Source: a phage
Length of the DNA: 64,000 nucleotides
Strand: one strand, 5' to 3'
Sequence record: NC_100372.1
This document shows, piece by piece, positions 8,479 through 18,525 of this stretch (positions are counted from its first letter, which is position 1; each line of letters begins with the position of its first letter). The notes beneath the pieces are model-generated. The model was not told where the DNA came from and did no database searches. It saw only the letters and a program-made list of their open reading frames with translations. Both the position numbers and the translations under genes were made by a program.

Positions 8479-8670
8479 ATGACACCAGAGTTAACAATTC
8501 CAGACAGCTTTTCAGAAAGCTTTATCCCAGAAATGATGAAGAAGATGCAATCACTGCTTGATCAGATTGAGGAGGCTGTTTGGGAAGACGATGCTGTAGT
8601 AGCTAACGAGCTGGTAGATAAGTGTAAAAGTATTATTGATGCAATTGAAGAATACCACGGAGGTTTTTAA
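8479..8670 (+). CDS. Hypothetical acidic protein (63 aa)
   Basis: ATG 8479 five nt after GGAG. Stop overlaps the next start. Confidence 0.55.
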   Translation: MTPELTIPDSFSESFIPEMMKKMQSLLDQIEEAVWEDDAVVANELVDKCKSIIDAIEEYHGGF

Positions 8671-9272
8671 TGGATATTATTGTTCTTAATGCTCCACCAA
8701 GTTCTGGAAAAGACCATATCGCAGATCTTTTGTTGGAAGCCATTCCAAACTCGCATCACCGCGAGGTAAAGGAAATGCTATTCAGTGTGGCAATTAAGGC
8801 AGCGGGTATTTCACCACAGTTGTGGAATGCACTCTATGATCGCCGCTACAAAGAAGAACCGTGCCCGTTCTTAATGATAGACGGCAAGCATGTTTCTCCG
8901 CGAGAATGGATGATCCATTGTAGTGAAAATCTGATTAAACCTATCTTTGGTGAAGACGCTTTCGGTAAGGCCGCAGTCGCATCCTTGAAGAAAGATTTCC
9001 CTGAAGGTAAAGGGGTTGTTGTTTACTCCGATGGTGGCTTCAAAGAGGAGCTGGCATGCCTTGGCGAGTACGCATACAGCACAGGTGGCGATCTTCTACT
9101 GTTCCGTATCCACCGTGCAGGATATGATTGGGGAAATGATTCCAGAACTTACCTTAGCCTAGAGAAGAACGGGATAAAAGGTATCGAGTTTGATGTTGTT
9201 AACCCTGAGGGGTCTCCTTGGGAGTGCGCATCTGAGATTGTGTGCAAGTATATTGATGCTAAAGAGGTCTGA
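8670..9272 (+). CDS. Deoxynucleoside monophosphate kinase-like P-loop protein
   Basis: N-terminal P-loop LNAPPSSGKDHIADL resembling T4 gp1 (SGVKRSGKDT). Size and context (nucleotide metabolism) fit. Confidence 0.6.
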   Translation: MDIIVLNAPPSSGKDHIADLLLEAIPNSHHREVKEMLFSVAIKAAGISPQLWNALYDRRYKEEPCPFLMIDGKHVSPREWMIHCSENLIKPIFGEDAFGKAAVASLKKDFPEGKGVVVYSDGGFKEELACLGEYAYSTGGDLLLFRIHRAGYDWGNDSRTYLSLEKNGIKGIEFDVVNPEGSPWECASEIVCKYIDAKEV

Positions 9273-9277
9273 GAACA

Positions 9278-9871
9278 ATGCTGATCGGAATTGATGTAGA
9301 TTTAACACTGGTAGACTCAGGAACAGCATGGTGGGAGTGGCTAGAGCGTTTATATGGTCCAGCCAGCAAGACAGTCGCTAAACCTTCTAACGGACTGATG
9401 TATTACGATCTGTCAAAGTATTGGCCTGATCGCCCCAAAGAAAACATCATAGGGCCTTTTGATTTCTGGAGTGACCCGTTCCTCTACGACTTTCTTAAGC
9501 CTGAAGAGGGGGCTATTGAGGTTATGAAAGATTTGGTGGCTCGTGGTCACAAGCTTGCATTTATCTCTGTATGCAAGAAAGGTCACCTTGCATCTAAATC
9601 AAGGTTCTTAAAGCGTTGGACCAGCGATTTTATGGATCTGGACGATCACACCCAGGGTCACGGCTTCTACGCCACACATTTCAAAGGTAATGTGGCTGTA
9701 GATGTTATAATTGACGACAGACATGAATACCTGAACCAATTCGCTTCACGCCCTGAAGTTATTAAAATCTTAAAAGACACTCCTTATGAGCAATTCGAGG
9801 AGTTGAAGGTCAGTGTTGACTATACCACCAATAGTTGGTATAAAATAGGAAAGTTTTTAGAAGGTATTTGA
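9278..9871 (+). CDS. HAD-superfamily 5'(3')-deoxyribonucleotidase-like phosphatase
   Basis: Motif I IDVDLT (DxDxT). C-terminal acidic motif DVIIDDRHE. Confidence 0.7.
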   Translation: MLIGIDVDLTLVDSGTAWWEWLERLYGPASKTVAKPSNGLMYYDLSKYWPDRPKENIIGPFDFWSDPFLYDFLKPEEGAIEVMKDLVARGHKLAFISVCKKGHLASKSRFLKRWTSDFMDLDDHTQGHGFYATHFKGNVAVDVIIDDRHEYLNQFASRPEVIKILKDTPYEQFEELKVSVDYTTNSWYKIGKFLEGI

Positions 9872-9872
9872 A

Positions 9873-10073
9873 ATGGGCAGATGTTCTAAAGGTGGCGATC
9901 CTGTAGTCAGATACGGTGACTGGCTAGAGGTATATGATCTTGGAGGTAAGCTAGTGTATGCCTCCAGGATCACCCAAGACATGTGCTCTGATATGTTTAA
10001 CAGATACCTTGCATTTAAGGCCAACATAAACCCAGACGAAATTTCCAAAATTAAAACAAGGAGAGCTAAATAA
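9873..10073 (+). CDS. Hypothetical protein (66 aa)
   Basis: Tightly packed between the HAD gene and thyX. Confidence 0.5.
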   Translation: MGRCSKGGDPVVRYGDWLEVYDLGGKLVYASRITQDMCSDMFNRYLAFKANINPDEISKIKTRRAK

Positions 10074-11056
10074 TGCTAAAACTGTGCACTGCAAAGATTA
10101 TTGCCGACAGCATTTCCGAGAAAGGTAAGCGTATCACCACTTTTGAGCTAGAGTATCCTCGAATTATTCACTCAGAGCTTATGACACATCGAGTGTTCAG
10201 CCGAAACGCCATGTCTTCTCGTGCAGTTCCTGTCGGTAAGATGCTACAGCAGATCGTGGAGAATCCGGCAATGCCAGTTCGCTTCGGTGTAAATAAGCGA
10301 GGGATGGAAGATGGTGGGGAACACGATCAAAAGATCCGTGTAGAGTATACCGACATGGAGTTAACTCCTGAAGAGTTTTGGAAAGAAGCTGCAAAAAACG
10401 CCGCGTGGCATGCAGAGAAGTTCGCCCTTGCTGGTTACCATAAGCAAGTATGTAATCGCTTAGTGGAGCCGTTTCAGCGCATGAAAACAGTTGTAACAAG
10501 CACCGAGTGGAATAATTTTTTCCATCTGCGTTGCTGGCACGATGCTGATCCTACGATTCAGATGCTGGCTAATTGTATGTGGGATGCTCTTATGAATAGC
10601 ACTCCTGAAACCCTTAAACCAGGCCAATGGCACACCCCATATGTAGAGCACGTTTATTTGGACGGTGAGTTTAACTATGCCGTGCGTGACACAGAAGGGA
10701 AGCTATGCATTCTCGATACTGGAGAAGCTCTATCTATTAGTGCGAGCTGCTGTGCACAAGTATCTTATCGCAATATTGACAGCACGTTTGAAAAAGCAGA
10801 TAGTGTGGCTAAAAAATTGATTGGTGGGGATCGTATTCATGCAAGCCCTTACGAGCACCAGGCGACACCTATGGATCACGATAATGCAATGGAACGTTTA
10901 AACTACTACCTGTCTTCATGTGAAATCACACAAGATAGTTGTGTTTGGCAGGAAGGTGTAACCCATCAAGACCGTGATGGTAAATTCTGGTCTGCCAACT
11001 TTTGTGGGTGGGTTCAGCACAGACAGTTGCTTAATAACCACTTCATGAAAGGGTAA
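10073..11056 (+). CDS. thyX: FAD-dependent thymidylate synthase ThyX
   Basis: ThyX signature THRVFSRNAMSSRA (RHRxxSxxxxS-type). Length about 330 aa. Confidence 0.9.
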   Translation: MLKLCTAKIIADSISEKGKRITTFELEYPRIIHSELMTHRVFSRNAMSSRAVPVGKMLQQIVENPAMPVRFGVNKRGMEDGGEHDQKIRVEYTDMELTPEEFWKEAAKNAAWHAEKFALAGYHKQVCNRLVEPFQRMKTVVTSTEWNNFFHLRCWHDADPTIQMLANCMWDALMNSTPETLKPGQWHTPYVEHVYLDGEFNYAVRDTEGKLCILDTGEALSISASCCAQVSYRNIDSTFEKADSVAKKLIGGDRIHASPYEHQATPMDHDNAMERLNYYLSSCEITQDSCVWQEGVTHQDRDGKFWSANFCGWVQHRQLLNNHFMKG

Positions 11057-11085
11057 GCCTATCACAGCGATAGGTAACTTTTGTG

Positions 11086-11114
11086 TTGACTAATAGCATT
11101 AGATAATCTATAAT
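11086..11114 (+). promoter_or_regulatory. sigma70-type promoter (near consensus)
   Basis: TTGACT(11086-11091), 17 nt spacer, TATAAT(11109-11114). Confidence 0.75.
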
Positions 11115-11154
11115 AGTGGCTCACTTTGTTGGTGAGCCAGAAAGGGAGACAGAT

Positions 11155-11616
11155 ATGAGTGATGTTATGATTCCTAAAAAGACATTTATTTCAGTTACTT
11201 TAGATTTCCTATCTACCGTTCCTGGGTTTAACGTTCGCACACGAAACGGTCTTCGAGCTGCACTCTTTGCCGTAGGGTTTGATTTAAAAAATATTGATGT
11301 TCTTCGTGGAAAAAACGTTAGATGCAAAAATAAACCAACTCATTATCGAAAGGCCGATGTATTTGCTGGTGTCATGCGTGCAGACTTTAGATACCCACAA
11401 ATGTATAATGGTGTAGATATTCTAGATGTAGATAAAGCACCCGGTGAGACAATGCTTGTTCAAGATCTTCCGTATGATATCCCCGTAGAGGATCGTGTCA
11501 ATGTAAGAAAGTATACAAAACAATCTGAAAAGGCTGAAGATATTCATATTGTTGATGAACCTTTCAATTTTGAAGATCTGCATCGCCTGGAAAAATTATT
11601 CGGTATTGAAAGCTAA
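11155..11616 (+). CDS. Hypothetical protein
   Basis: ATG 11155 after GGGAG. The track start 11116 would precede the predicted transcript start. Confidence 0.6.
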   Translation: MSDVMIPKKTFISVTLDFLSTVPGFNVRTRNGLRAALFAVGFDLKNIDVLRGKNVRCKNKPTHYRKADVFAGVMRADFRYPQMYNGVDILDVDKAPGETMLVQDLPYDIPVEDRVNVRKYTKQSEKAEDIHIVDEPFNFEDLHRLEKLFGIES

Positions 11617-11626
11617 GGTGGTGAAG

Positions 11627-11857
11627 ATGAGTCATAACTCCAAGTGGAAGGATCTTGGTTTTGCAAGTCGGGCAGAATATGTTGGTTGGCTTTGGTTCAA
11701 TGGCCTGACAAACGATATTAAAATGTATGATGATGTTTATTATGACGAGTATACAGGTAAAATTATAAATATCTCTGTAGAAGAGGATACCTTTACCCAA
11801 CAAGATACTGATACCTGCCTTGATAAATACGTTGATGAAGTGGAGGAAGCAAATTGA
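11627..11857 (+). CDS. Hypothetical acidic protein (76 aa)
   Basis: ATG 11627 after AAGGTGG. Stop overlaps the nrdA start. Confidence 0.55.
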   Translation: MSHNSKWKDLGFASRAEYVGWLWFNGLTNDIKMYDDVYYDEYTGKIINISVEEDTFTQQDTDTCLDKYVDEVEEAN

Positions 11858-14169
11858 TCACCAAGGTAATTAAAAGCAACGGATGTGAAGTAGCATTCGA
11901 TCCGGAACGTTTAAATAAGGCAGCTATTTTCGGTGACGACGGTAACGGCAATTGGTCACATATTGCACTTGATGCATACAAACGGCTGTATGATGGATGC
12001 ACAACCAAAGAAGTTAACCAAGCTATTATAGACTCCTGTGTTAGCCGTAAGGACGAAGCACATTCTCGTATGGCTGGTCGTGTTCTTATCGGTCAGATTT
12101 ATAAAGAGGCTTTTGGAGGATTCACAAAGATCCCTTCCTTACCATCATTTTACAATACCATGGTTGATAAAGGGTATTGGGAGGATATGGGCTATAGCTT
12201 TACCGAGTTAAACACTTTAGACACTGTTATTGATCACAGTAAAGACCTTGGTTATGGCTATGCAGTCCTTAAACAGTTTCGAGACAAATACGGGATCAAG
12301 GATACTCTTAAAGACACCCTGTTCGAATCTCCACAGATGATGTTTATGGGGATAGCGATGGCTGTCATGAAAAATATGCCGAAAGAACGCCGTATTGACG
12401 ATGTTGTAAAATTATACACTTATCTGTCAGACTTAAAGATCAATGCCCCGACACCGTACTTAAACGGTCTACGCACAGGCAAGACAGGGTATGCATCTTG
12501 TTGTGTAATAAAAGCTGACGATACAGCAAAATCTATTGGTGTGGCACGTGAAGTTGCATACACAATGACGGTTAACCAAGCAGGTATTGGCTACTATTTA
12601 TCATCAAGATCTGCAGGTGATGGTGTTCGTGGTAACACTATTAAACATATGGGCAAGATTCCATATTATCGAGGTATTGATGCTGGAGTTAAGGAGAACA
12701 GACAACAATCACGTGGCGGTTCTGCAACAGTATCATTCCTTGCACTGGACCCGCAGATTGATGAGCTAATCCGTTTGAGAAACCCTATGACTGTTGCTTC
12801 AAAAAGAATCAACACCATGGACTACTCTATAGGTATTAATAGGTCGTTTATCAACCGTGTGGCTAAGAATTTAGATTGGATGCTTGTTTCTTATAAGCAC
12901 GCTCCTCAACTGCATGAGGGTATCTTCACCATGTCTATGGAGGAGTTTGATGCAGAGGTTGATCGTATCGCTAAAGATGACAGTATTCCTAAAACATGGA
13001 TCCGAGCTAGAGATCTTGCTGTTGAGCTGATCACTCAGCGTACCGAGGTTGGAAGGCTGTACGTATACTGGACAGATGAGATGAATAGACATACACCTTT
13101 TAAAGATGTAATCTATTCAAGTAACCTGTGTGCAGAAATAGCCCTCCCGACAAAAGGCTATTCAGATATGCGTAATATCTTCAAGTACGATGTTGATGAT
13201 GGCGAAGTTGCATTGTGCTTCCTGTCATCTCTTGTAGCCGGAAGGGTTACCCCAGAGGAGTATGAGGATGTTGCATACTACACGGTGCTTATGATTGACA
13301 ATGTTATGGAAATCATGACATATCCGTATGAAAATATGGAGAGCACTGTTAAAAAACGCAGATCCATTGGGGTTGGCCTTACTAATGTTGCACATTTTAT
13401 TGCCAGCCACAAGGTTACTTACGGATCTCCTGAAAGTAAACAGCTTGTTCACGATCTTGCAGAACTTCACAGCTACAGCTTGCATAAGGCAAGTTTACGA
13501 TTGGCAAAAGAGCGTGGTGTCTGTGAGTGGATGCATAAAACAAAATACCCGGAGGGTTGGTTACCAATCGACACCTATAACAAAGAGGTCGATAGTGTGG
13601 TGAAAGATCCTTCTCTTAAGCAGGATTGGGAAGGGTTACGTAAAGAAATCATTGAAAATGGTGGGCTACGTAATAGCGTTCTTGAAGCATATATGCCTAA
13701 TGAAAGCTCTTCGCTGGCAACAAACACCACTAACGGGGTTTATCCTGTCCGTGAACACATTATCTTTAAAAAGTCACCACAAGGGCAGGTGCTGTTTATC
13801 GTTCCTGAATATGATGAACTGAAAGAGTATTATACCTCGGCTTGGGACGTTGATACTAGCGACATGATTGATATGTATGCTGTGATTCAAAAATTCACAG
13901 GACAGGCAATCAGTGCTGACCTATATATTGATTACACCAAGTTGAAAGATGGTAAAATTTCAATGAAAGAGCAGCTGGGGTATCTTATCCGTGCTACTAA
14001 ATTCGGGATGAAGACATGGTATTACTTAAACTCTCGGGTTGGTGCTGGTGACTCTTTGACAGAGGAGCTTCACGCGAAGAAACAGGCTGAAGATGAAACC
14101 AGAAAGAACTATCCTTTGATTGCAGATAGTTCAGTTGAAGATCCGTATTGCGAAAGTTGTGCACTGTAA
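11854..14169 (+). CDS. nrdA: Ribonucleotide reductase class Ia, alpha subunit
   Basis: N-terminal ATP-cone (VIKSNGCEVAFDPERL), active-site NLCAEI, C-terminal CESCAL redox pair. TTG start after GGAGGA. Confidence 0.95.
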   Translation: MITKVIKSNGCEVAFDPERLNKAAIFGDDGNGNWSHIALDAYKRLYDGCTTKEVNQAIIDSCVSRKDEAHSRMAGRVLIGQIYKEAFGGFTKIPSLPSFYNTMVDKGYWEDMGYSFTELNTLDTVIDHSKDLGYGYAVLKQFRDKYGIKDTLKDTLFESPQMMFMGIAMAVMKNMPKERRIDDVVKLYTYLSDLKINAPTPYLNGLRTGKTGYASCCVIKADDTAKSIGVAREVAYTMTVNQAGIGYYLSSRSAGDGVRGNTIKHMGKIPYYRGIDAGVKENRQQSRGGSATVSFLALDPQIDELIRLRNPMTVASKRINTMDYSIGINRSFINRVAKNLDWMLVSYKHAPQLHEGIFTMSMEEFDAEVDRIAKDDSIPKTWIRARDLAVELITQRTEVGRLYVYWTDEMNRHTPFKDVIYSSNLCAEIALPTKGYSDMRNIFKYDVDDGEVALCFLSSLVAGRVTPEEYEDVAYYTVLMIDNVMEIMTYPYENMESTVKKRRSIGVGLTNVAHFIASHKVTYGSPESKQLVHDLAELHSYSLHKASLRLAKERGVCEWMHKTKYPEGWLPIDTYNKEVDSVVKDPSLKQDWEGLRKEIIENGGLRNSVLEAYMPNESSSLATNTTNGVYPVREHIIFKKSPQGQVLFIVPEYDELKEYYTSAWDVDTSDMIDMYAVIQKFTGQAISADLYIDYTKLKDGKISMKEQLGYLIRATKFGMKTWYYLNSRVGAGDSLTEELHAKKQAEDETRKNYPLIADSSVEDPYCESCAL

Positions 14170-14174
14170 TTTAA

Positions 14175-14197
14175 AAAGGGGCTTCGGCCCCATTTTA
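14175..14197 (+). terminator. Rho-independent terminator / attenuating hairpin
   Basis: GGGGC-TTCG-GCCCC followed by ATTTT. Confidence 0.7.
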
Positions 14198-14208
14198 GAG
14201 GTAGAATA

Positions 14209-15297
14209 ATGGCTGTATTTAATACTGAGAACACTGCTCATAAAACTGGTGATTATCCGCTGTTTTTAGGACAGCAGATGGGGATGTACGACTCTATTAA
14301 CAAAAAGTACCCACAGCTGTTTGAACTATACAAAAAACAAAAAGAACAAGATTGGGCAGAGGACGAAGTAGATTTGTCACAGTCTATTTCGGATTTCGTA
14401 ACATGCTCAAAGTCAACTTACGATGTAATGGTGCAGACACTGATGTGGCAATGGGAGGCAGACAGTGTTGCAGCAAGATCTATCATTTGTCTGTTTTCAC
14501 CATTTATCACTAATAGTGAACTTTTCACCTTGTTGATGAAGCAGTCTGAGATCGAGGTTCTTCATGCACTAACTTACTCAGAGATTGTTAGACAATGCCT
14601 TCCTAATGCTCGTGAGATTATAGAAGAGATTCAGGAAAACCAGAACGTGCTAAGCAGGTCTGGAGTTATTGTCAAATATATGCAAGAGCTTGAGGTTATT
14701 GGTGCAAAATACCGACTGGATCCTTCCAGTGTTGAAGAAGATGTTGTACGGAAATGTATCCTTAGAGCACTTTTTGCACTTTTAGCTCTAGAGAGTATTG
14801 AGTTTATTGCAAGTTTTGCATGTACGTTCGCAGTAGCTGAGCAAGGTATTTTTGTTCAAGTTGCACAACTCGTTCAAAAAATTATGCTTGATGAGATGCT
14901 GCATTCGAAAGGTGATTTTGCTATCATCGATATCCTGCTTGATGATCCTACATGGGAGCAAAGCTTTCTTGAGATTAAGGGAGAGTTAAAAGAGATTCTT
15001 GACGAAGTACGGATCAAGGAGTACGGTTGGAGTGACTATATTTTCAGCGAAGGAAGGGCGATTATAGGGCTTAACTCACCATTACTTAAAGAATGGGTTG
15101 ACTATAACTGTTCACCGATTTATGATTACTATAACATCGACAAAGACTTTGTGCCGCCAACAAAAGACCCGTTACCGTTTATGCAGGTGTGGATGAAACC
15201 TTCACTGCAACAGACGGCTAACCAGGAAATGTCTAACACCGACTATCGCGTCAACACAACTGTTAATGACGCTGAAGAAGAAATTTGGGAGTTTTAA
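14209..15297 (+). CDS. nrdB: Ribonucleotide reductase class Ia, beta subunit
   Basis: Di-iron ligand motifs EIEVLHALTYSE and DEMLHSKG. Acidic C-terminal tail ...EEEIWEF. Confidence 0.93.
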   Translation: MAVFNTENTAHKTGDYPLFLGQQMGMYDSINKKYPQLFELYKKQKEQDWAEDEVDLSQSISDFVTCSKSTYDVMVQTLMWQWEADSVAARSIICLFSPFITNSELFTLLMKQSEIEVLHALTYSEIVRQCLPNAREIIEEIQENQNVLSRSGVIVKYMQELEVIGAKYRLDPSSVEEDVVRKCILRALFALLALESIEFIASFACTFAVAEQGIFVQVAQLVQKIMLDEMLHSKGDFAIIDILLDDPTWEQSFLEIKGELKEILDEVRIKEYGWSDYIFSEGRAIIGLNSPLLKEWVDYNCSPIYDYYNIDKDFVPPTKDPLPFMQVWMKPSLQQTANQEMSNTDYRVNTTVNDAEEEIWEF

Positions 15298-15300
15298 TAT

Positions 15301-15579
15301 ATGAGCTGTGAAAAATCTTTTTTCATTATCATCTACGGTAAGGATAACTGCCCACATTGTGTAAGAGCAAAAGAATTTGCAGCAAGCAAAGGTATACCTT
15401 TCGTATACAAGACGCTCGGTGAAGGATACACAAAAGAAGAGCTTATTGAGAAGTGTAGTCCATTTGTTCCCAGAACGTTGCCTCAGATCTTCTTGGAAAG
15501 CAACCTTGATAGTGTCCACATAGGTGGTGCTGACGATTTCATCTCTTTTGTTAAGAATGGTTTTGGAGAGAAAAAGTGA
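15301..15579 (+). CDS. Glutaredoxin/thioredoxin-like redoxin
   Basis: Active site CPHC near the N-terminus (YGKDNCPHCVRAKE). Located between nrdB and nrdD. Confidence 0.85.
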   Translation: MSCEKSFFIIIYGKDNCPHCVRAKEFAASKGIPFVYKTLGEGYTKEELIEKCSPFVPRTLPQIFLESNLDSVHIGGADDFISFVKNGFGEKK

Positions 15580-17699
15580 AAGTTGTAAAACGGGACGGTA
15601 GAGAAGAGGTCTATAACGGAGTTAAGGTAATCAAGGCGGCAGAGTCCGCCTTACTTGAGTCTGGGCATACTGAAGAAGAAGCTTACCGGATCGCTTGTGC
15701 GATTAATGAAGTTGTTGCCAACAATCTACCAACCGACCAGTGCACGATCTCTGTAAAAAATATCCATATCCTTGTTGAAGATGCTCTTATGGATATGGGT
15801 TTAAAATGTGCAGCCAGAGAATATATCCAGTATAGACAGACAAGAGATAATAACAGAGAGGCAGGTGGAAAACTGCTTGCAGATATTAGTGGCTTCTTGG
15901 ATCGAACTTGTGATGAATTTACAAAAGAAAACGCAAATAAGCCCACTAATCATGTACATACTCATCGTGACCTGCTTGCAGGTATCCTTAGCAAACACCT
16001 TGCATCAACACAGATACTGCCAGATCGTGTCTCCGAAGAGCACAACAAGGGATTCATCCATGTGCATGATCTTGACTATCTGATCAGTCCGTTAACAAAC
16101 TGCTGTTTGGTGAATTATCCGGATATGCTGGAAAACGGATTCAACATTGGCAACGCCCATGTCAGTAAGCCGAAGTCAATAGGGGTTGCAACAACAATCC
16201 TCAGCCAAATCTCTAGTGCAGTAGCTAGTGCTCAATATGGTGGTCAGACCATGAGCCATATTGATCATTATCTGGCGCAGTATGCTGAAGCAACCTATGA
16301 GAAGAATCTTAAATTTTGTCAGGAACATTGGTTGCCGGATGCTGAGACTGTTGCAATGCAAATGACGGATAAAGACGTGTTTGATAGTATGCAAACTTTG
16401 CTATACCAAATCAATACGTTAACTTCTGTCAACGGGCAAACCCCATTCATCACATTAAGTTTAGGACTGGATACCTCAATCTTTGGTAGAATGATTACCA
16501 AAAACTACCTGAAAGTCCACAAAATGGGTCTTGGTGAAGAACGTATCACACCTGTGTTCCCTAAGGTGCTGTTCTTCCTGGAGGAGGGTATCAACATGAA
16601 CCCCGGGGATCCTAACTATGATTTGAAACGATTAGCTCTGGAATGCTCTGCAGAGCGGATTTATCCTGACTTCGTATCTGTACCACTAAATAGAAAAGTG
16701 ACAGGTTCAACAGAAGGTAATGTCACAAGCATGGGTTGCCGGAGTTTTCTTAGCAAATACAATGACTTGGAAACAGGAGAGGAGAAATACCTTGGCAGAT
16801 TTAACTTAGGTGTTGTTAGCCTTAACCTACCAATGATTGCGGCAAAAGCTAAAACGGAAGGTGTTGATTTCTTTGCAGTTCTTGACGAGTACTTGGATCT
16901 GGCATACGAGGCTCATCTTGTAAGGGTTAACCGTCTAAAAGGAACAAAGGCAGGGCAGAACCCCATCATGTGGTGTGAAGGAGCTCTTGCTCGCCTGGAT
17001 CCTGAAGAGAGTATTGATAAACTCTTCTATGACGGGTATGCTTCCATAAGTATTGGATATATTGGTGTGTATGAAACCTGCCAGATTTTAGGCAGAGAGG
17101 GAGACAAGTCCTTAGCTCTTGGGATCCTTCAGCACATGAAAGACGCTTGTGATCGGTACAAAAAAGAAAGTGGTCTGGCATTCAGCTTGTACGGCACTCC
17201 TTCAGAGAGCTTGTGCTATAAGGCTGCAACATGTCTAGATCGTGAATATCCTGAAGTGTTGAAGCACGAGCACGAATACCTTACCAACAGTTTCCACCAG
17301 CCCGTGTGGATCAATAGCTCACCTTTTGACAAGTGGAAGTATGAGGAAGGTTTTGCTATGATCTCTTCTGGCGGTAACATTGGATACATAGAAACACCTA
17401 ACCTGAAAAACAACCTGGATGCTTTGGAATCCCTTGTCGATTTCGGGTATAAACACATTATGTATTTTGGTATTAACCAACCTGTGGATAAATGTCTTAA
17501 GTGCGGATTCTCTGGTGAGTTCAGTGCAACAGCTAAAGGCTTTGTATGCCCAGAGTGCGGAAACCATGAAGAGGGAACGATCAGTGTGATTAGACGTGTA
17601 TCTGGGTATCTGTCCAGTCCAAACTCCCGACCTTACAACAAAGGTAAGCAAGCGGAAGTTATAGAACGGGTTAAGCACTACGGCAGCTGTGGTTGCTGA
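15576..17699 (+). CDS. nrdD: Anaerobic ribonucleoside-triphosphate reductase (class III)
   Basis: N-terminal ATP-cone, C-terminal zinc site CLKCG...CPECG and glycyl-radical motif RRVSGYL. Confidence 0.95.
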   Translation: MKVVKRDGREEVYNGVKVIKAAESALLESGHTEEEAYRIACAINEVVANNLPTDQCTISVKNIHILVEDALMDMGLKCAAREYIQYRQTRDNNREAGGKLLADISGFLDRTCDEFTKENANKPTNHVHTHRDLLAGILSKHLASTQILPDRVSEEHNKGFIHVHDLDYLISPLTNCCLVNYPDMLENGFNIGNAHVSKPKSIGVATTILSQISSAVASAQYGGQTMSHIDHYLAQYAEATYEKNLKFCQEHWLPDAETVAMQMTDKDVFDSMQTLLYQINTLTSVNGQTPFITLSLGLDTSIFGRMITKNYLKVHKMGLGEERITPVFPKVLFFLEEGINMNPGDPNYDLKRLALECSAERIYPDFVSVPLNRKVTGSTEGNVTSMGCRSFLSKYNDLETGEEKYLGRFNLGVVSLNLPMIAAKAKTEGVDFFAVLDEYLDLAYEAHLVRVNRLKGTKAGQNPIMWCEGALARLDPEESIDKLFYDGYASISIGYIGVYETCQILGREGDKSLALGILQHMKDACDRYKKESGLAFSLYGTPSESLCYKAATCLDREYPEVLKHEHEYLTNSFHQPVWINSSPFDKWKYEEGFAMISSGGNIGYIETPNLKNNLDALESLVDFGYKHIMYFGINQPVDKCLKCGFSGEFSATAKGFVCPECGNHEEGTISVIRRVSGYLSSPNSRPYNKGKQAEVIERVKHYGSCGC

Positions 17700-17702
17700 T
17701 AC

Positions 17703-17732
17703 TTGACAAAAGCCACAAGGATGTGGCATATT
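17703..17732 (+). promoter_or_regulatory. sigma70-type promoter with palindrome in the spacer
   Basis: TTGACA(17703-17708), 18 nt spacer, CATATT(17727-17732). Spacer holds GCCACA-AGGA-TGTGGC. Confidence 0.55.
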
Positions 17733-17762
17733 GTTGTTACACAGTAAACTAGGAGGTGCAGT

Positions 17763-17879
17763 ATGTCGTCAGGTATTTATAAAATTTGCAAGTGTGGTTG
17801 TCATTGCAATCTTCGTTGGTGCAAGGCACTGGATGATTTTATTTGGCATTGTCCTAAATGTGATGCGGAGTACTTATGA
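17763..17879 (+). CDS. Cys-rich mini-protein (38 aa, zinc-ribbon-like), translationally coupled to nrdG
   Basis: MSSGIYKICKCGCHCNLRWCKALDDFIWHCPKCDAEYL. AGGAGG SD. Its TGA overlaps the nrdG ATG (ATGA). Below the ORF-track size cut-off. Confidence 0.55.
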   Translation: MSSGIYKICKCGCHCNLRWCKALDDFIWHCPKCDAEYL

Positions 17880-18349
17880 ATATTGTCGGATACACAGAAA
17901 TATCCTACACCGAAGGGCCAGGTCTCAGGACGGCCTTGTGGGTATCTGGGTGCCCACACGCTTGTCCTGGTTGCTTTAATCAAGCATTTTGGTCCAAAGA
18001 TAAGGGAAGAGAATTCACCGAAGAAGATTTGCAGAGAATTTTGTCAGATTTGGACAATGAATCTATATGCGGTATTTCTTTGCTTGGTGGAGAGCCTTTG
18101 GCTACGTATAATGAGCCCGGTATTATTAAACTTATGAGGAGAATTAAGGAAAAGTTTGGTGACAAGAAAACTATTCTTGTGTATACTGGGTTCACATTTG
18201 AGCATATCTCTAGTGATGTTCTTGAGCTGGCTGATATCATCATTGATGGCAAGTATGTAAAAGATTTACCAACAAAGAAACCATTCCGAGGCAGCGATAA
18301 CCAAAGAATGTTTAAAAAGGTAGCAGGCGGTTGGGTTCAGGTTGACTAA
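17876..18349 (+). CDS. nrdG: Anaerobic RNR activating enzyme (radical SAM)
   Basis: CPHACPGC radical-SAM cluster motif (CxxxCxxC). Size about 157 aa. Confidence 0.92.
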   Translation: MNIVGYTEISYTEGPGLRTALWVSGCPHACPGCFNQAFWSKDKGREFTEEDLQRILSDLDNESICGISLLGGEPLATYNEPGIIKLMRRIKEKFGDKKTILVYTGFTFEHISSDVLELADIIIDGKYVKDLPTKKPFRGSDNQRMFKKVAGGWVQVD

Positions 18350-18352
18350 TCG

Positions 18353-18382
18353 TTGACAAAGCTTTGGTAAGTTGGTTATAAT
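18353..18382 (+). promoter_or_regulatory. sigma70-type promoter
   Basis: TTGACA(18353-18358), 18 nt spacer, TATAAT(18377-18382). Confidence 0.7.
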
Positions 18383-18411
18383 TATCGTAATGAAAGCAGA
18401 GGAGGTGCCAA

Positions 18412-18525
18412 ATGGCTAAAAAAGCCTTGAAGAAGGCGTACAAGAAAGAGATTGCGCTTGAGCTTAAGAAAAAACACAAGCGTGAAAAGAAATATCATGA
18501 AGATGAAGAGGGGGTGCAGCAGTGA
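18412..18525 (+). CDS. Lys-rich mini-protein (37 aa)
   Basis: MAKKALKKAYKKEIALELKKKHKREKKYHEDEEGVQQ. GGAGG SD. Stop overlaps the GTG of the next ORF. Confidence 0.45.
   Translation: MAKKALKKAYKKEIALELKKKHKREKKYHEDEEGVQQ

Noticed and set aside
17731-17983. Track ORFs 17731..17979 (+) and 17801..17983 (-) between nrdD and nrdG.
   Set aside because: They overlap the nrdG start and the better-supported SD-preceded 38-aa Cys-rich ORF. They also start upstream of, or within, the promoter.
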